A stretch of DNA of 64,000 nucleotides from Phoronis australis (Eukaryota > Animalia > Phoronida), in assembly GCA_002633005.1 (NCBI GenBank), contig NMRA01000590.1, positions 1 through 64,000 of the forward strand. Reading direction: 5' to 3'. Made by a program: the position numbers and the translations under genes. This document shows positions 10,463 to 24,227 of this stretch, in pieces. Position 1 is the first letter of the stretch, and every line of letters starts with the position of its first letter. The notes under the pieces were generated by a model. It was not told where the DNA came from, did no database searches, and worked only from the letters and a program-made list of their open reading frames with translations.

Positions 10463-13072
10463 GGGGAAACACACTGAACATGGCAGTCATTTGGCAGCCA
10501 ACATTTAGTAAAGACGACAAGGCAATCTAGGTAAGCTGTACTTTACACCCTCTTTGGCTTATCCTGTGCACATTGTCGCCGGGGACATCGTAGTTGTTAC
10601 GCCTTCTGCAGTGCATTTTAAGTGGACGCATTGTTGAATTGAAAATTACACGGTTGAAAGTCAATCACTGTCTTTCATAGTACGCTACAAGAAATTTAAT
10701 CTTAAAAAGAACCATTCTTTTCTCGCAGTTTAAGAGTCAAATCCCCGGCCTGGTTCACAGCCGAAGTAACAGGTGCTGTGCACGTGATTGGCTGACCTAC
10801 TTTTTTCCATATACGGCACGCGGTGCCACACACAGAGGATAAACTCGAATCGCCCAATAATCATGGAATACCACAATAAGTTGAAGTATTTCGAGGCATT
10901 TATTTTCATGCTAAGTTATTCGTTGAATACGTAACCAACATTACACACCACATTTTTTTCTCGTAAAGTTTGCACTGCATTCTCGCGCATCAATATAAGT
11001 CGTTCGGATTTTTTTGATATTTTTTCATTCATTCGTTCGAGTTGCTACGGAGCTTTGCGAACAAATTAAGGAAGTTTGCGCTAAGTTTTATCTGGTTTGC
11101 ATGTTCAACGACATTGATGGCATTTGTACGGCAGGTCAGTGCTAGAATTTTGTCGGGTATCATTTTTTTCGAAGTGTACGTTCTCCTTCGGCTATTTCAA
11201 ATTGGCTGCTCCGTCGAATATATCGAGTGCCGCTTCAACTTCCGCGTCGGCAACTAGCATTAGGGGTACGGCAAATTCTTTGAACTTCGGGTGTGGGTTC
11301 TTCAATTTCAAAGATCAAGTGTCCATGTACGGGTAGTTAGCGCTGGATGCAATATTTCTTGACACTAGTCGTGCGGGGGATTCCGTATGAAGTCACCTTG
11401 ACGTCACAGAATAGGGAGGTATTCCCCAAAGATGGCTGCTATTATTTGCCGATCATCATTGTGACATTTATAGTAAAAATAGACGGCAAAAGTTTCTAAT
11501 GTTGAGTTATTTCATAATATTTAGCGAACTTAATCAATGAATTGTAGGTTTCAATGAAATTTATTAATAATAAATGTTAAAATTCTCCGTTTATCCTTCA
11601 TTTTCGCCGAGGTTGTTTTGGAGCAGGCCGTCTTTTTTCCGTCTTGGCCGTGCCGTCCAAAGCCGTCATTTTTTTAAAAGGGCCGTCCCAAGGACGGCCA
11701 GGACGGCCGCTAGATGATACAGTTTCGACTCAACAAATTACCTGAAATCGTCCTTAAGTTTTCCAACTAGCGTCCCTAAGATTTTTAAGTTCCTGTGGAG
11801 TCGGGATTAACCGTAGATTAAATCCAAATATGCGCCAGATCGCACCCCGCAACACGAGAAAAATCTGTACGAATACACATGGTGTTGTCATGTGACGTTT
11901 GTTTTGAAGTAAGTCTGCAGGTGTGCGCCGAACGAGCGAGCGCTTGCGTGTCATCAGAGTTCATTTGCCAGAGTAGCAGGCCCACATGTACATGTATGTA
12001 GGCCCTAGCGCGCACTTCTTGGGCACGTGCTCATTAACACTGGTCAAGTTTCGATTCGCGGTTGTTACGTGTACAAAGTAATCTGGATTCCTGCTGAGGG
12101 AGAAAATCTGTACAGGAAAGATACAATACAATCCCGTTGACCAGTACGCTGCGTCTGCTCTGAAAGGCCTTACCATAGTGGGACACGATCCTCGGAAAAT
12201 CATCAAAACTTGCGTTCTTTTTGAAGCACTGCTGAAGTTTGAAGTGTACAGCCACTGCTAATACCGACATAGCGGCGAGGCTGGTGGTCTATAAATTCCG
12301 CGCACAATGATTTTACGCGAATACAGGGAGATATCACGTCGCTTGAAAAGGGAAACCTATGGCCCCTTTTTAATTCTTATTTGGCAAGACATCGATTTTT
12401 ATTGTTAATGAGGTTCTCAATCTTTCTTCTTTGGTTCAGTATAAAATGAACACGATTTTTTTGTCTATACATGTACATGTTCTTTAAGTCTAGCTAAAAC
12501 AAGTCCTTTTTCCAAAAAATCTTATTCTGCCGGGGTTCGCTGGATATCATCAAACTAGAATGGATTGTTAGCGGATGTAATTTTGTGTTCTTTGTTTATT
12601 TTGTACATGCCTAATTTACATGCATATATCTATTTAAACTGCAAATAAAATACACATTATAAGAGTTGACCATTTTTCACTGGAACTTGTAGAAACGACT
12701 TTCTTACATTCAACAAAAATTCCCATCTTGCATAACAGTAGCAGAACAGAATACAGTAAAATACAATACAATTAAACAAACATATTATTTCATTCAAGAT
12801 TCTGTAAAACGTGCTTGTATCGATTGTTCACCAACTTTCTCAACAAAAAAAAAAACATGATGCAGAGCTGAAAATACGAGAGCAAGAGATTACACTGGAA
12901 CAGTAAAAGTTTGAAAGGGGGAAGAAAGAAAGGGAGGGGAGGCTAGCTGTAGAACAAAACATGTTAAATCTCATCGCAAAATTAACTTCAAAATTTGACT
13001 AAATTGAATTGAATAGTTTGTGTTAGATGTTAGGAGAATGAAAATAAAAGAAGTTGTACTCGCTGAGTGATT

Positions 13073-13130
13073 TGTAAGTAGTTTCTATTCTAGCGGATAT
13101 GTAAGTAGTTTCTATTCTAGCGGATATGTA
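13073..13130. repeat. 27-bp tandem duplication
   Basis: tgtaagtagtttctattctagcggata x2. Confidence 0.9.
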
Positions 13131-15333
13131 CTACGATAACTGAACACCCTGAGCTCAGTCATTAGGTTCACCTTTACTTTCGCGTTGACGTAAAATTTAG
13201 GTATTGCAAAACCCATTTTTCTTACCGTAACGTAAATTGTCACGCGCAATTTTATATGCATAATAGTTCACGTTCAGGTCACTTTACGAAACCTCTCTAT
13301 TGTTTCAACTACATGTAGCCCTGCTCACCCCAACTAACACGCAAAGTACCACAACGGCCCGAGGAAAATAATAGAAATGCTTTTGTTGTCAGTTTTACTT
13401 CACATGAGCTTTTAATGAGCCTACCTGCATTTGGGATGCCAAAGACACTGAAAAAGAGCCGAATACATATGTGTAAAGTAAGTATGAACATACTCATACT
13501 GATAGCACGATAATCGCCATCCCCCTTTGACTGTAAATTTTAATGTGACAATTCCTTGCAGCTCGTGCTCATCACTGCACGTTTAGTGCATAATATGTAC
13601 TGTCGCGCACGCGCTCTTGTTCACAATTACGTTCATGATGACGCGATATAGCTGAACGCTCTTGTATTTTGAATAGTATGCTTTGTAGTTGCGTATTAGT
13701 GGAATATACTCGTTAATATTACCTTCATAAGAATTTTACATGGTGACCTCGACGTGATGGATCAGCAGCAAGTTTTTTGAACTTCAAGACAGCCTTGAAA
13801 TTACCAGTAAGCTTAAACAAACAAAATAGCCTCAAGAGATGAAATATAAGTCATAGGAAAGGCTCGTTTTCACCACAGGCGCTTGAGTTTATCTGTTTCT
13901 CGATCGCAAATGACGTCACTCAATACTAAGAAAACATAAAGGTTGGACACTCAAAATCTGTTTGCTCAGAATTTTCAACTCAAATGTGCATGGAACTCCA
14001 CGAAACTACCATCGAACAAATCTAAGAATACCTTCTTTCATTTGATATCTTCGAATTGCCTTCGAGTGGTGATTTGACTACAAAAATGCTATAAGAACGT
14101 CAAAATCACAAAATTCAGGGACCTTATTCGGTGACGGTCGTCGCAAATCCGGGTTTTTGGCGGACGCTCCCGAGCTAAATCAGAAAGTCTATTTTCGCGC
14201 GCCTTTCGTCGTCAATCCCTCGACTACTTGGTCATGAGAAGCAGAGAGCACTTTAAAAATATCATTGCCAAATGAATGTAACTACTCACATATTTGTGTC
14301 AATTATAAATTAACCTGATACTGTATTGATATGCAAAGTTATTTTGTGTACTGTGATTTCTTATGAAGGTTTCACTTTTGGCCAAAGCCATTGAGTTAAC
14401 TTGTCGGTCACGCGCATTGTAATACTCGCACGGACTGCGTTTCCTGGCCTAGTGTGTGTTGTGCTTCAACCAAGAAAAGTGCGTGATGTCAAGATGAGAA
14501 ACAAGATACTCCAGTTTATGCAATAAAATTCTAAGTTAAAGGCTAAAATGAGCTGTCAATGGAATAAAATTACAAGTTATCATTAAAATACTAACTTTAA
14601 CATTTTCAGTCAGTTACGTTTTGGATTAGCATTATTGAATTTGAAATGTAGGTTGCTTGCTCAAACTCGAAGTTTCACCTACGACAGACGCACATGTTGA
14701 AGCACCACTGAAATCCGCCATGTTTACTATTTTAGGTCCTTGAATTCAAAGTTTTGGAAATTCCATCGCCAATTCACCACTCACGAGGACAATTAATGGG
14801 ATCAACGAAAGATAAGGCTTCGAATGTTGATGCAATACCAGGCTAAGGGAGGTGCACGCAGATTTTATTTGGATTTTGGACAATTGAAGTTGGGAGCTTC
14901 GGCTCCTCAAAGTTTTAGTGTCCAACATTTATGTTTCTTATATATGGTTATGCGTCATCGGGAAATTCGAGCGCCTGTGATTTTCACCATAGATATAAGT
15001 AAAGAGATTCGCGACTCCTTGAAGTCTCGTGGCCTAATGCAAAGTACGTGAGCAGGATTCAAAACTTCCGGTCTCATGGCTAAGCATAGCAACGAAGGTG
15101 AACTGTTTTTATTTCGCGCATGTCAAGCAAATTTTTGAGTTTGAATTTAAATTGTTGTGTTTAATGCAAACTAAATCACGTATTCGAGCCATTCAAGTCA
15201 GATAATTGCTACGAAACGTGTCGGAATTAACTTGACAAGTTGTTGTTGATAGGCTCGAATGCTGGCACAGTTCATTTGGCCCAATGAAAAGTTTGAGTTA
15301 ACTGGATAATTCTTTTCAATTGGTTGAATTCTC

Positions 15334-16112
15334 GGTAATTGTTTACAATATGACGACATTGACTTAAACATATGATTTTGGTATCGTTCGGTTTCTTGCC
15401 GCGTTATCTCTCCAAAAATACGCAGAATTTTTTCCTACCCCATTTTATCGTGAAATTTCTGCTCGCACTATTTCCCGGTACGCGGTAGTAATACCGCAAT
15501 GTTGAACGGAAGGAGTCACCTGGCGGTCAAAATCTGAACGAATCTACAAACTTCTGCAGATTGTCACTTTTCATGAGGTCAAATTGACCAAGACCCGTCT
15601 AACCCCTGCCCCAGTTACGTTCCCAAGGGTTCGAATTCGATCCTATGGTGACCCTGGTACGCTTCTAGCTGCTGGCAAGAACCGCGAAAACGCGGAGGTT
15701 GTTTTTGAGGTCCAAATTGTTTAAAAGGGTATCACTTCAGACAATTTCGTGGAAAAATGGTCGAATGGTCACAACTATAAAAAAATTAGAAAAGGTGAAA
15801 TGCTGCTACTTGTTCCTCCATGTTACAGTATGCCAGGAAAACTTTAGCGTTAATCTCGCGCGGGCAAACCATTCAGAATCGTTGATGTCGTTTCATTCAT
15901 TAACAACGTGTGTCGCTGAAATCTTGAGATGAGCTAATGTAACATCGCGGTGTCAACCGGAAAATAGTGCAAACCGAAAATCGACGATAAAATACGAAGA
16001 AAATTCGGTAGAGGATACATTCATATGATTTTAGAAAGATAACGTTGCGACAAATTGAATGATACCAAAATCATGTGTGTAGGTGAATGTCGTCATATTG
16101 TAAACAATTACC
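15334..16112. mobile_element. Merlin-like non-autonomous DNA transposon (MITE)
   Basis: ~85-bp imperfect TIRs starting GGTAATTGTTTACAATATGACGACATT; 8-bp direct repeat GAATTCTC at 15326-15333 and 16113-16120; GG termini with an 8-bp TSD fit Merlin. Confidence 0.65.
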
Positions 16113-17289
16113 GAATTCTCAGTCTATACGATGAAATTTAGTTTGAATTTTTAGATTTTGTAGGAATTTTGGCTCGACCTCAATGTAAAAGTTTTTCATT
16201 TGTCCCTACGCTTACAATACATGAGCCATAGCAAACTAATCTCGCCAAAATTCAGCAAGAGCGAAATTTTGCCATTTGTCATGATTTTCAGAGGCTCTTA
16301 CATGTACAGTATCTATTACCATGCAAAGTGGTGGAAAATGAAAAGTATGCCAGTGACTTATTTAAACATTCGTCTTTCTATTGATATCCATTTAAAAAAA
16401 ATGGGGGCATCAAAAATACTTTTAAAAATCGAAGTGCTGCGAGCACTTGACAAATTTTTCAGTCACCGGTAAATTCTTGTGACTTATACTATAGAAGGGT
16501 ATAAACTTTCAGCTGCTAACTGGCCGTTACTGAACCGATTTTAAATGATATGTATATCCAAGGGCGGATACAGGATTTTGTGTTGGAGGGGGGGGGCAGG
16601 GCAGAGTATTAGCCAGGATTTTGCCCTTCAGACATTCTCAGCCCCCGAACTGTCAAATGGAGTATGGGAAAATTTTAAGGGGACCTTGGCCCCCTCTAAA
16701 TCCGCAACTGACTGATGTCAAACTGTTTGCTAAAAAATTCTGCCTTAAGTGCACACTTTTTAGTTATTTTTTTGATAAAAAGCATGAAAAAATATAGTTT
16801 TTAAGTGAATGTCTTACCAATCTCTCTCTCCTGAAATTGTACACTCACCGTCACAATTCCTGTTAATATCCTAATCCATTCCCCATCAATTTTTTACTTC
16901 ATCTCACCTTTTCCATTGAAGAACACTTCCAAAAAATTCAGTCATTTTTCAAGAACCATGTTTATCTTTCCAGGGTTCAAACTGAACTCAAACTTGATTG
17001 GTCAACTGTATTAAACAGAACCAGTCAAAACTTCTTTGAATTACATAAAGTGATCCAAATTAGTGAAATATTTTCATTAAAATAGTACAGAATTATTAAA
17101 ATTCTATTTAACTTTTTGGATGGTCACCAACACAACACATTTCAATTTCTATTGACAGCATGGGCACACCCAGGGGGACTCGGGGGGCTGGAATGAGTCC
17201 CCCCAATTTGACGAATTAGGCGAAAAGGTCCGCTTCAGTGAAACTAAAAGTCCTTAGGAACACAGTAAGCTAGGGATTCCCTAATATAG

Positions 17290-18970
17290 TTGTTACTCTG
17301 CGCGTGTAAGCGCAGAGTACTGTTGTTCCTGGGTTTCCTTCAATTTTATTCTTATTCTTCTGATTACTCTGCGCGTGTAAGCCCAGAGTACTGTTGTTCC
17401 TGGGTTTTCTTCAATTTTATTCTTATTCTTATTCTTATTCTTCTTATTCTTATTCTTCTTCCGACCAATTTTGAGGCTTAATAACTCCAAGTTGGGTGCA
17501 GGTACGGTCTTTAAATTCAGCATATGACTTTTTACAGTATATAAATTTTGTTTGGTTCCATATTGCACTGGAAGAGGTCGTTTGGTGGAAAGGTCATATG
17601 CTACTCCTCCTTCAGTTTTGAAGCTATCTTTTTCAAATTCGGTGCACAGTCAACATGACAATTTAAAAAAATACTTTTCTAAGTAATCGGGTCATCCAAT
17701 TAGGTGAAATAGGTCAAAGGTCATTAGGTGCAAACTAAAATTTTGAGCTAGACACTTCAAATTGACAGGTCTGATTGCCACAGGTAAATCAAATCGGAAT
17801 CCAAAGTTTCAGGTCATTTAGTGCAAACATGGGGTCATTAGGTGCATTTTTCTTCTGAAAATTTGACCTTTTCAATCAGCAAGTATTCTGATGTGTCAAC
17901 CGTTAGACAACTGTGATTCTCAGCGTTAAACACATTTTCCATGGGCTTTGCATTTTATCTCCTAAAAATGCTTAAAATGCACCGGATAAGGTCACTTAGT
18001 GCAAAGGTCATGTAACGTTAAAAATGTTATATCTCTTACGTTTTTCAAGCAATTCTTTTCAATTTCAGCACAATGGTGTAAGCCAACATGCCAATTGAAT
18101 ACCCTACTTTACTTCGCAATAGGCCTAACCAATCAGAAAAAATAGGTCAAAGGTCATTGAGTGCAAACTAAAATTTTGAGCTAGAGACTTCAGAACTACG
18201 TACATGTATCTGTTTATTAAGTGCGATTGAGTTTGAATTCTAAATTTTCAGGTCATTTGGTGCACCCATGGGGTCATTAGATGCATTTTACTTCTGAAAG
18301 TTTGACTAATTCATTCATCTTGTATTCTGAAGTGCTTAAAGTAAAACATCAGTGATTTTTAGCATTAACCACAATATTAATCGATTAACAATTACTCCCT
18401 CATCGGGGCTCATAATGCACCGGAAGAGATCAATTACTGGAAAGGTCAACAAAAATATGTAATTTCTCCTACAATTTTAAAGAATTCCTTTTCATATTGG
18501 TAAACTGGTTGCTGTCAGTAACTTCCCATAATAATTCCAGTAATACGCACGCGCGGAGTCCGTTATTCTCACGCCGTGACAATAATCTTTCTAGTTTAAA
18601 CTTGCCATTTTTATGGTCTGAAATTTTTGGGTGCTGTTTGCTGTAAAAGGTCATTCCTGAGGCCCTAAATATTTAATAACTCGAGAGCCGCCTAACCGAT
18701 TTAAAAAATTCAAAAACTTGTATAAATGGCATGTCTAGAGCTACCTGTTGAGACTATTCAAGTATTTTTGTTTTGACCTATTCTGTAAAACAGTATGCAA
18801 AGGGTGTTTTTGCATTTTTCTCAGAAATGTATACAACACTTAATGTAATGTTGTTACGTTTTTTCCTGTTTGTCATTGTAAAAATAAATTCCAATGTATA
18901 TTTGTGTTGCCAATTTTCACTTAAAAATTGTAAAGTGAGGCAGGGGAATCCCAGACCCCTGTTAGTTACT
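17290..18970. mobile_element. Helentron/HINE (DINE-1/pearl-like) non-autonomous element with internal tandem repeats
   Basis: Hairpin tactctgcgc-gtgtaa-gcgcagagta (duplicated near 17294 and 17365), (TTATTC)n tract, two ~433-bp internal units each with AGGTCAAAGGTCA (17711, 18144); boundaries approximate. Confidence 0.5.
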
Positions 18971-20229
18971 CATTGGAACTGGGAAAATAAAAAATGAGCA
19001 TGCCTACTTCCATAACCATAAGTATCACTTGTCAAAAATTGTGGAGAACACACCAATTAAGATGATATGGAGAACGCGATGTGCTGCGATTGAAAGCATT
19101 CGTCCCTTTTGATTGCATTCAAGAAGCCTGTTTTGAATGAGCAGGGTCACGCTGCTCTTGTTTGCGCGATATTCTTGTTACCCCCACCATGTGTCAGTCT
19201 TTGCAGTATTTCACACCTGCTGTGTCCATTGGGTATTTTACTAGCTTTTGTTCTGTGGTGGTATTACTGCGTCATTTTGTTTCCTCTTGAGAATGAAACA
19301 AGTATGTTTTGAAATATAGTTTGTCTTTTAATAATGTACATGTGTCTTGGTCAGTTTCTTTACCAATGTTCTGTTGAGTGTCGAACTTTGTTCCGAGGAT
19401 GCGAACAGAATGGAATAAAGATTGTTAACAGCAACAAGTGCTGTGTATCGAACCAATTTTGTATCATCAGAAATATATTTTGGCTTATGATACTAGTGAC
19501 AGCAAGTTTTTTACACTCGGGTTTTGCAAATGATATGTCAATGCCAGTGAGCCTTTGGCCCTCCCCCAGTGGAACAAAGCTGTGTGAATTACAAAAATAT
19601 TTATTGTTTAACATTGTTACAAATTCATTTTTGACGGTTAATACTTCTACTTATGATTATGGGCTGATTCGTACGGTGCTGAATTTAAACAAACACTAAT
19701 ACTACTTGCAGCAAAAAATCAGCTGATGCAACTGAAGTGATAATACGGGAAAATCAGCTGAAGACGTTTCTGACGTTAATATCTCATAAAATGTCTGAAT
19801 CATCTTGTGAATGTTTTAAGTGACATGGCAGAGAACAATACACGCATTTTATTTTTACATGTCTCATGAACTCCAAAAAATCAAGCAATTCGACTCATTG
19901 CTTAACCAAATCTTGAAACGAGCGAACGGTCGCACCGTAGAACCGGAAGTTTTCTATCCTGCGTGTGCAACGCCCTCTTATCGTTAGTGCTTATGTCCCT
20001 TGGTCTGTGACATTCTCAACGCGCTCTAACGGGAGTTGGCAGTCCCTATCTATAGTCTATGTTTTCACAGTGCAGAAATACCGAAAGAACTTGAATTTTC
20101 ATGTAAAAGAACTGTAAGACGAATACATTCGGTTTAAAACACTGACACAGAACATTCTGAATTATTACGAAGGACTTGAAGAAAAATACCAAGTCAATAA
20201 GGTGTTAAAAAGTGGATGGGTCCAGAGGC

Positions 20230-21960
20230 ATGTGTGGAATACATGTATGCAAATCACCCCTTTCATAGTCATGATAACGAGAAGATAGCCCTCTGTGGAA
20301 GTTTCTCGATGGCATGTGTTCCCACAAGGAAGGTACAGAAGGATCGTGGATTGCATCACGGATGAAATTAAAGTTTGTCAATCAGCAAGCTGATGAGACT
20401 GTCGATCGGTTTTATGAGTGAATAAGGAAGTTGTTAAGTCGTTACATTCCGCAAATCGTGGAGACTGAAGCACTTAAATACGGATTCAAAGATGATAAGA
20501 GTTTTGAAAAAGTTGATGTCCTTCCAAAGACCGCGACAAGTATTTAGGTGCTGGGCATGACAGGGGCGGCGGAGGCAGCACAGCTACACATGCGAGAAGT
20601 TGGTAAAGTGAGACAGGAGATCAAGCAGTGCGCTGATGAACTGCGATGTACTCACACACGACATACTAATTGCACGAATTGTGAATATATGCACCCACCA
20701 CGGCGTTGTCCAGCATTCGGCAAGAAATGCAACCGCTGCAAACAGATGAACTATTTTTAGCGGTGCTGTCAGCCCACCACTAAACCTGCGAATCGGGAAA
20801 TTGAACAGAGAAGAGTGCATGTAAAAAATGGGACGAAGCTGGAGCCAGTTATCACTATTCTGGAGAGGAAGAATTGTTTGACGACGAGTATGTCAGTTGA
20901 GACCGTAAAGACCACGACAGGCGAAATCTATTTTGATGATGACCTTGGACCAGATACTCAATTAATTGGCTGTTGTCGAGGCATCAGGGAGACATGTTAG
21001 GTCGAAGGGTAAAATTGATACTGGGGCCCAAGATAATATCCAGAATATTTCCACATTTAAGAAGGTGTATGGGGCCGATGCAGACAAGAAACTCCAAAAG
21101 TCCCATGTCAAACTGACTGGTTATGGTGGTAAAAGTTTCACCAATTATGACAAGTTTCGGGTTAACCACGTTTTCCACAACAACGTTGTCTCAAAATTTG
21201 GAAACAATATATTCTCATTGAGGTTCTGCAAAGCAATGAACATAGTGAAAATGATGACCACAGTACTTGCAAAGATTGTCACGGTGACTTTTATATCAGA
21301 GAAGTCAGTTCAGGAAAAGAGAATGGCGTCAAACATGATGGGCACATCACATTTATTACCACAAAGTAGATTATTAAAGAAGCGAAGGGGGTTTTTACAG
21401 GAGTTAGAAAATTGAAGGACTACAATTATAAAATTCAGATAGATGATAATGTCCAACCAGTGGTATGACCTCCAAGATGAGTACATGTACATGTACCACC
21501 CGCTGTCAAAAATAGCTTCTGGTAGAACTCAACCGTATGGAAGAGCTTGGAATATTCAAGATGCAGCAGGAAGCAACGCCGTGGGTAAACAGCTCAGTGT
21601 GTACCTCCAAACCGAATGGCCTTCATCCTAAACTGTTAAACAGGACGGTGAAATGACCCCACCATTTCATATCTTCCTTGGACATAACGCAGCTAAATGG
21701 AAGTACATGTAGGTACTTCTCGGCACTAGATCACTTTTGTGGATACTGGAACATTGAGATGCATAAGAAGACTGGCCCCTTGCTTACATTTAACAAGAAG
21801 TTGAATGACATTGGGAAAATGGCACTCCGACAACAAGCTTGAATCGCAGTCCCTGCTGGGCTGCTTTACATACCTTGGGAAATTTATCCCTAACCTGTCG
21901 GCTAAGACTTATGAACTAAGACGACTGTTGAAAAAAAGGCAACGGTTTCGCGTGGATCGA
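20230..21960 (+). mobile_element. Degenerate Ty3/Gypsy LTR retrotransposon internal region (gag-pro-RT)
   Basis: Gag knuckles CTNCEYMHPPRRCPAFGKKCNRCKQMNYF; protease KIDTGAQ; RT-region remnant SLLGCFTYLGKFIPNLSAKTYELRRLLKK; many stops and frameshifts. Confidence 0.8.
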
Positions 21961-21961
21961 T

Positions 21962-23400
21962 TGTTCAAGACTACTACCCTACACTTTGTTTAACTGGGCA
22001 AGGTCTTTGTGTTTGGACTCGCCTATTCACGTAGGCCAACGCCTTTTACCTGCGCACCAATATAAGATTTTGCTCATGAATAAATAGTTATTTGTGTCAT
22101 CAAGAACCTCCTGTGATGGTTTGCTTGTCTTGGGGTTTTGTATTTTTCAAGCCAACCTATTCGCCGCGTGTGCGACTTTGGTCCTCCATATTAGTGCCGA
22201 AGCCCGAAAACGGACATTGTTAAGAAAAAAGTAAGTGCTACGAAACGCTGGGTTATCTGGGTCAGTAATGGCCTTGTTGAAGTGTGTCACGAGGTCCCTG
22301 TCAATAAAATAACCGTTAAAACTTTGTTACGTGAAATTGATAAAAGACTGCCAAATTTTGACGATTGTGTGGAGAATTATTTCGAACATGTCGATGAAGA
22401 CGAAATTGAGGTCGAAATGGAATCGCTGGCGGCTTATCGAAAAGTTACTTTTCGATGTAAGGCGGAGGCCTTAGATAGTCTTAATCTAGTTCAAGATCAA
22501 ATGGCGAAGTCCACAGTGAACTGACACAGAATGCCCGGATCAACATGTGACGATTTTAAGAAGGTTGCGTTATCAAAGTTACAGTTGCCGACGTTCAGTG
22601 GTAAAGTGTGGATAGGGTCAAAGTACATGAACTATGTGTCATTTGGCAGTTTGAAATCTGTTAAGAAAACCTGCAGTGTTTATTGTATTGAATTTTCGGG
22701 TGACCATGGTTCTGGGTCTCTTGAGGCGGCTGAGGTACCTTACATTTGTTCCCACCTAGTCAGGCCAAGTTTGACTCGTAAAATGTTAGATAAGTTGGGC
22801 TTTGGTGCACTTGAGTTTGCCGATAATCATAATGAAGCCCACCATTTGTCTGATAGGTTTGTATAGTTATTGGGATTTGATGGGAAAAGTTATTAAGATC
22901 CCTAAGGGATTATTGGCCCAACATAATATGTTTGGATGTTTTGTGTCTCGTAGTGTGTGTGGTGGTACGTCTGCTGTTTCGATGCACACCCTGTTGACAT
23001 TTAGGGATGATCCCGATTCAATATTTCGGACATTTTGGGAGTTACAAAGTATTGGTATTGAGCCCAAAATGAAGTAGTTTGTGATCCAGTCTGAGCTGAG
23101 TTTGGGAAAAAACATTCGTATGATTGATGGTCGGTAAGAATTGGGGTTACCACTGAAACCCACTTTTTAAAGCCAGAATCTCAAAAGTAATGAAAAAAGC
23201 CATGTGTAGACTGATTCCTTTAACGAAGAAATAAGACCGGCATCACAACTCAAACAAGGCTATGATAATGGTTAGAGTGGTATGGAAAGGGGGGGGGGGG
23301 TAATCGAAGAGGTCCCTTAGCATGAACGGTCGAAAAGGGAGCCTGTGTTTTATAAGCCACATCATCTTGTAGTAAAAAGAAGCACGCTTATTTACTAAGA
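21962..23400 (+). mobile_element. Degenerate BEL/Pao LTR retrotransposon (putative 5' LTR ~21962-22188, PBS, deleted gag-pro-RT)
   Basis: TGTT...CA LTR-like segment with AATAAA; PBS-like TAGTGCCGAAGCCCG near 22192; LSKLQLPTFSG, LIGLYSYWDLM, FWELQSIGI and VIEEVP...VFYKPHHLVVK, all typical of BEL/Pao. Confidence 0.75.
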
Positions 23401-23980
23401 TACGTTTCATTATTATTAATACTTACAAGTGTTCAAAGTTTCACCTCCATGAAGTGTTTGCTGCACATGTAAAGCAACTTGCATGAGGAGGTACAGGTAG
23501 TCGCTCCTATACTTACAGTTTTCAAGAGTGCAAAAGTTAGAGTAGATGCCCCAGTGTAATGTGTTTGAACCTCAAAAAAACAAGTTCACCTTACGCAGCA
23601 GCATCTGTCATTTTGAACACAATGAATTTTAATGTCAGCCTTGAGAAACGGCAGTTTATTGTTGGCCTTTTATTTTGGACTCACGATGAGTAAAAATAGG
23701 AAAAATAGGAATTTCACAGGAGAGTAGGAGAAAATAGCAGCCTCCCTAAATAGGAAAAATAGGACACCTGACACCCTGAACTAATTACACTTCATATATC
23801 AAAACAGTGATACAAAATAAATAAGAAAAAAAATTTTAACACAAAACACTTCGGTCAAGGCGTCTGTACATTTTTTCGCAGTTGTGGAGCGTTCTTCGAC
23901 CTTTTAAAACTGGTTACGAACTTTGCAAAAGTTGTAATTTTTCGTTTTCAAAGCATTTCACTGTGTCCAGGTCATCAATG

Positions 23981-23986
23981 TTTATT
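23981..23986 (-). promoter_or_regulatory. Candidate poly(A) signal of the FN3 receptor gene
   Basis: AATAAA on the minus strand, 1 nt after the in-frame TGA at 23988-23990. Confidence 0.4.
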
Positions 23987-24227
23987 GTCATTGATCCACC
24001 ACCATTTCTCTCGTAAAAAACTTTTTTCTTTGTAGATTTGCGTCGCTTCTTAGACTGTTGTGATGTGCCTGACAGTGTAGAGGATCCCGGTTCACTTCAT
24101 TTTCAGAGTAATCTACTAATTCTGATTGTTCTGTATTTACATCTCCTTTTACCTCATGTTCTCGCCTCACCTTTAAGTTCTCGGATTCTTTGATGCGTGT
24201 AGGCTCTCCATCGTCTTAACCAGGTAG

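Noticed and set aside
12840-13000. Host coiled-coil exon (KHDAELKIREQE...)
   Set aside because: Internal stop; more likely a remnant of a transposon accessory protein, too short to classify
24100-24125. ITIM in the tail extension (LVDYSENEV)
   Set aside because: Y+3 is Asn rather than I/L/V, and it lies beyond two stop codons
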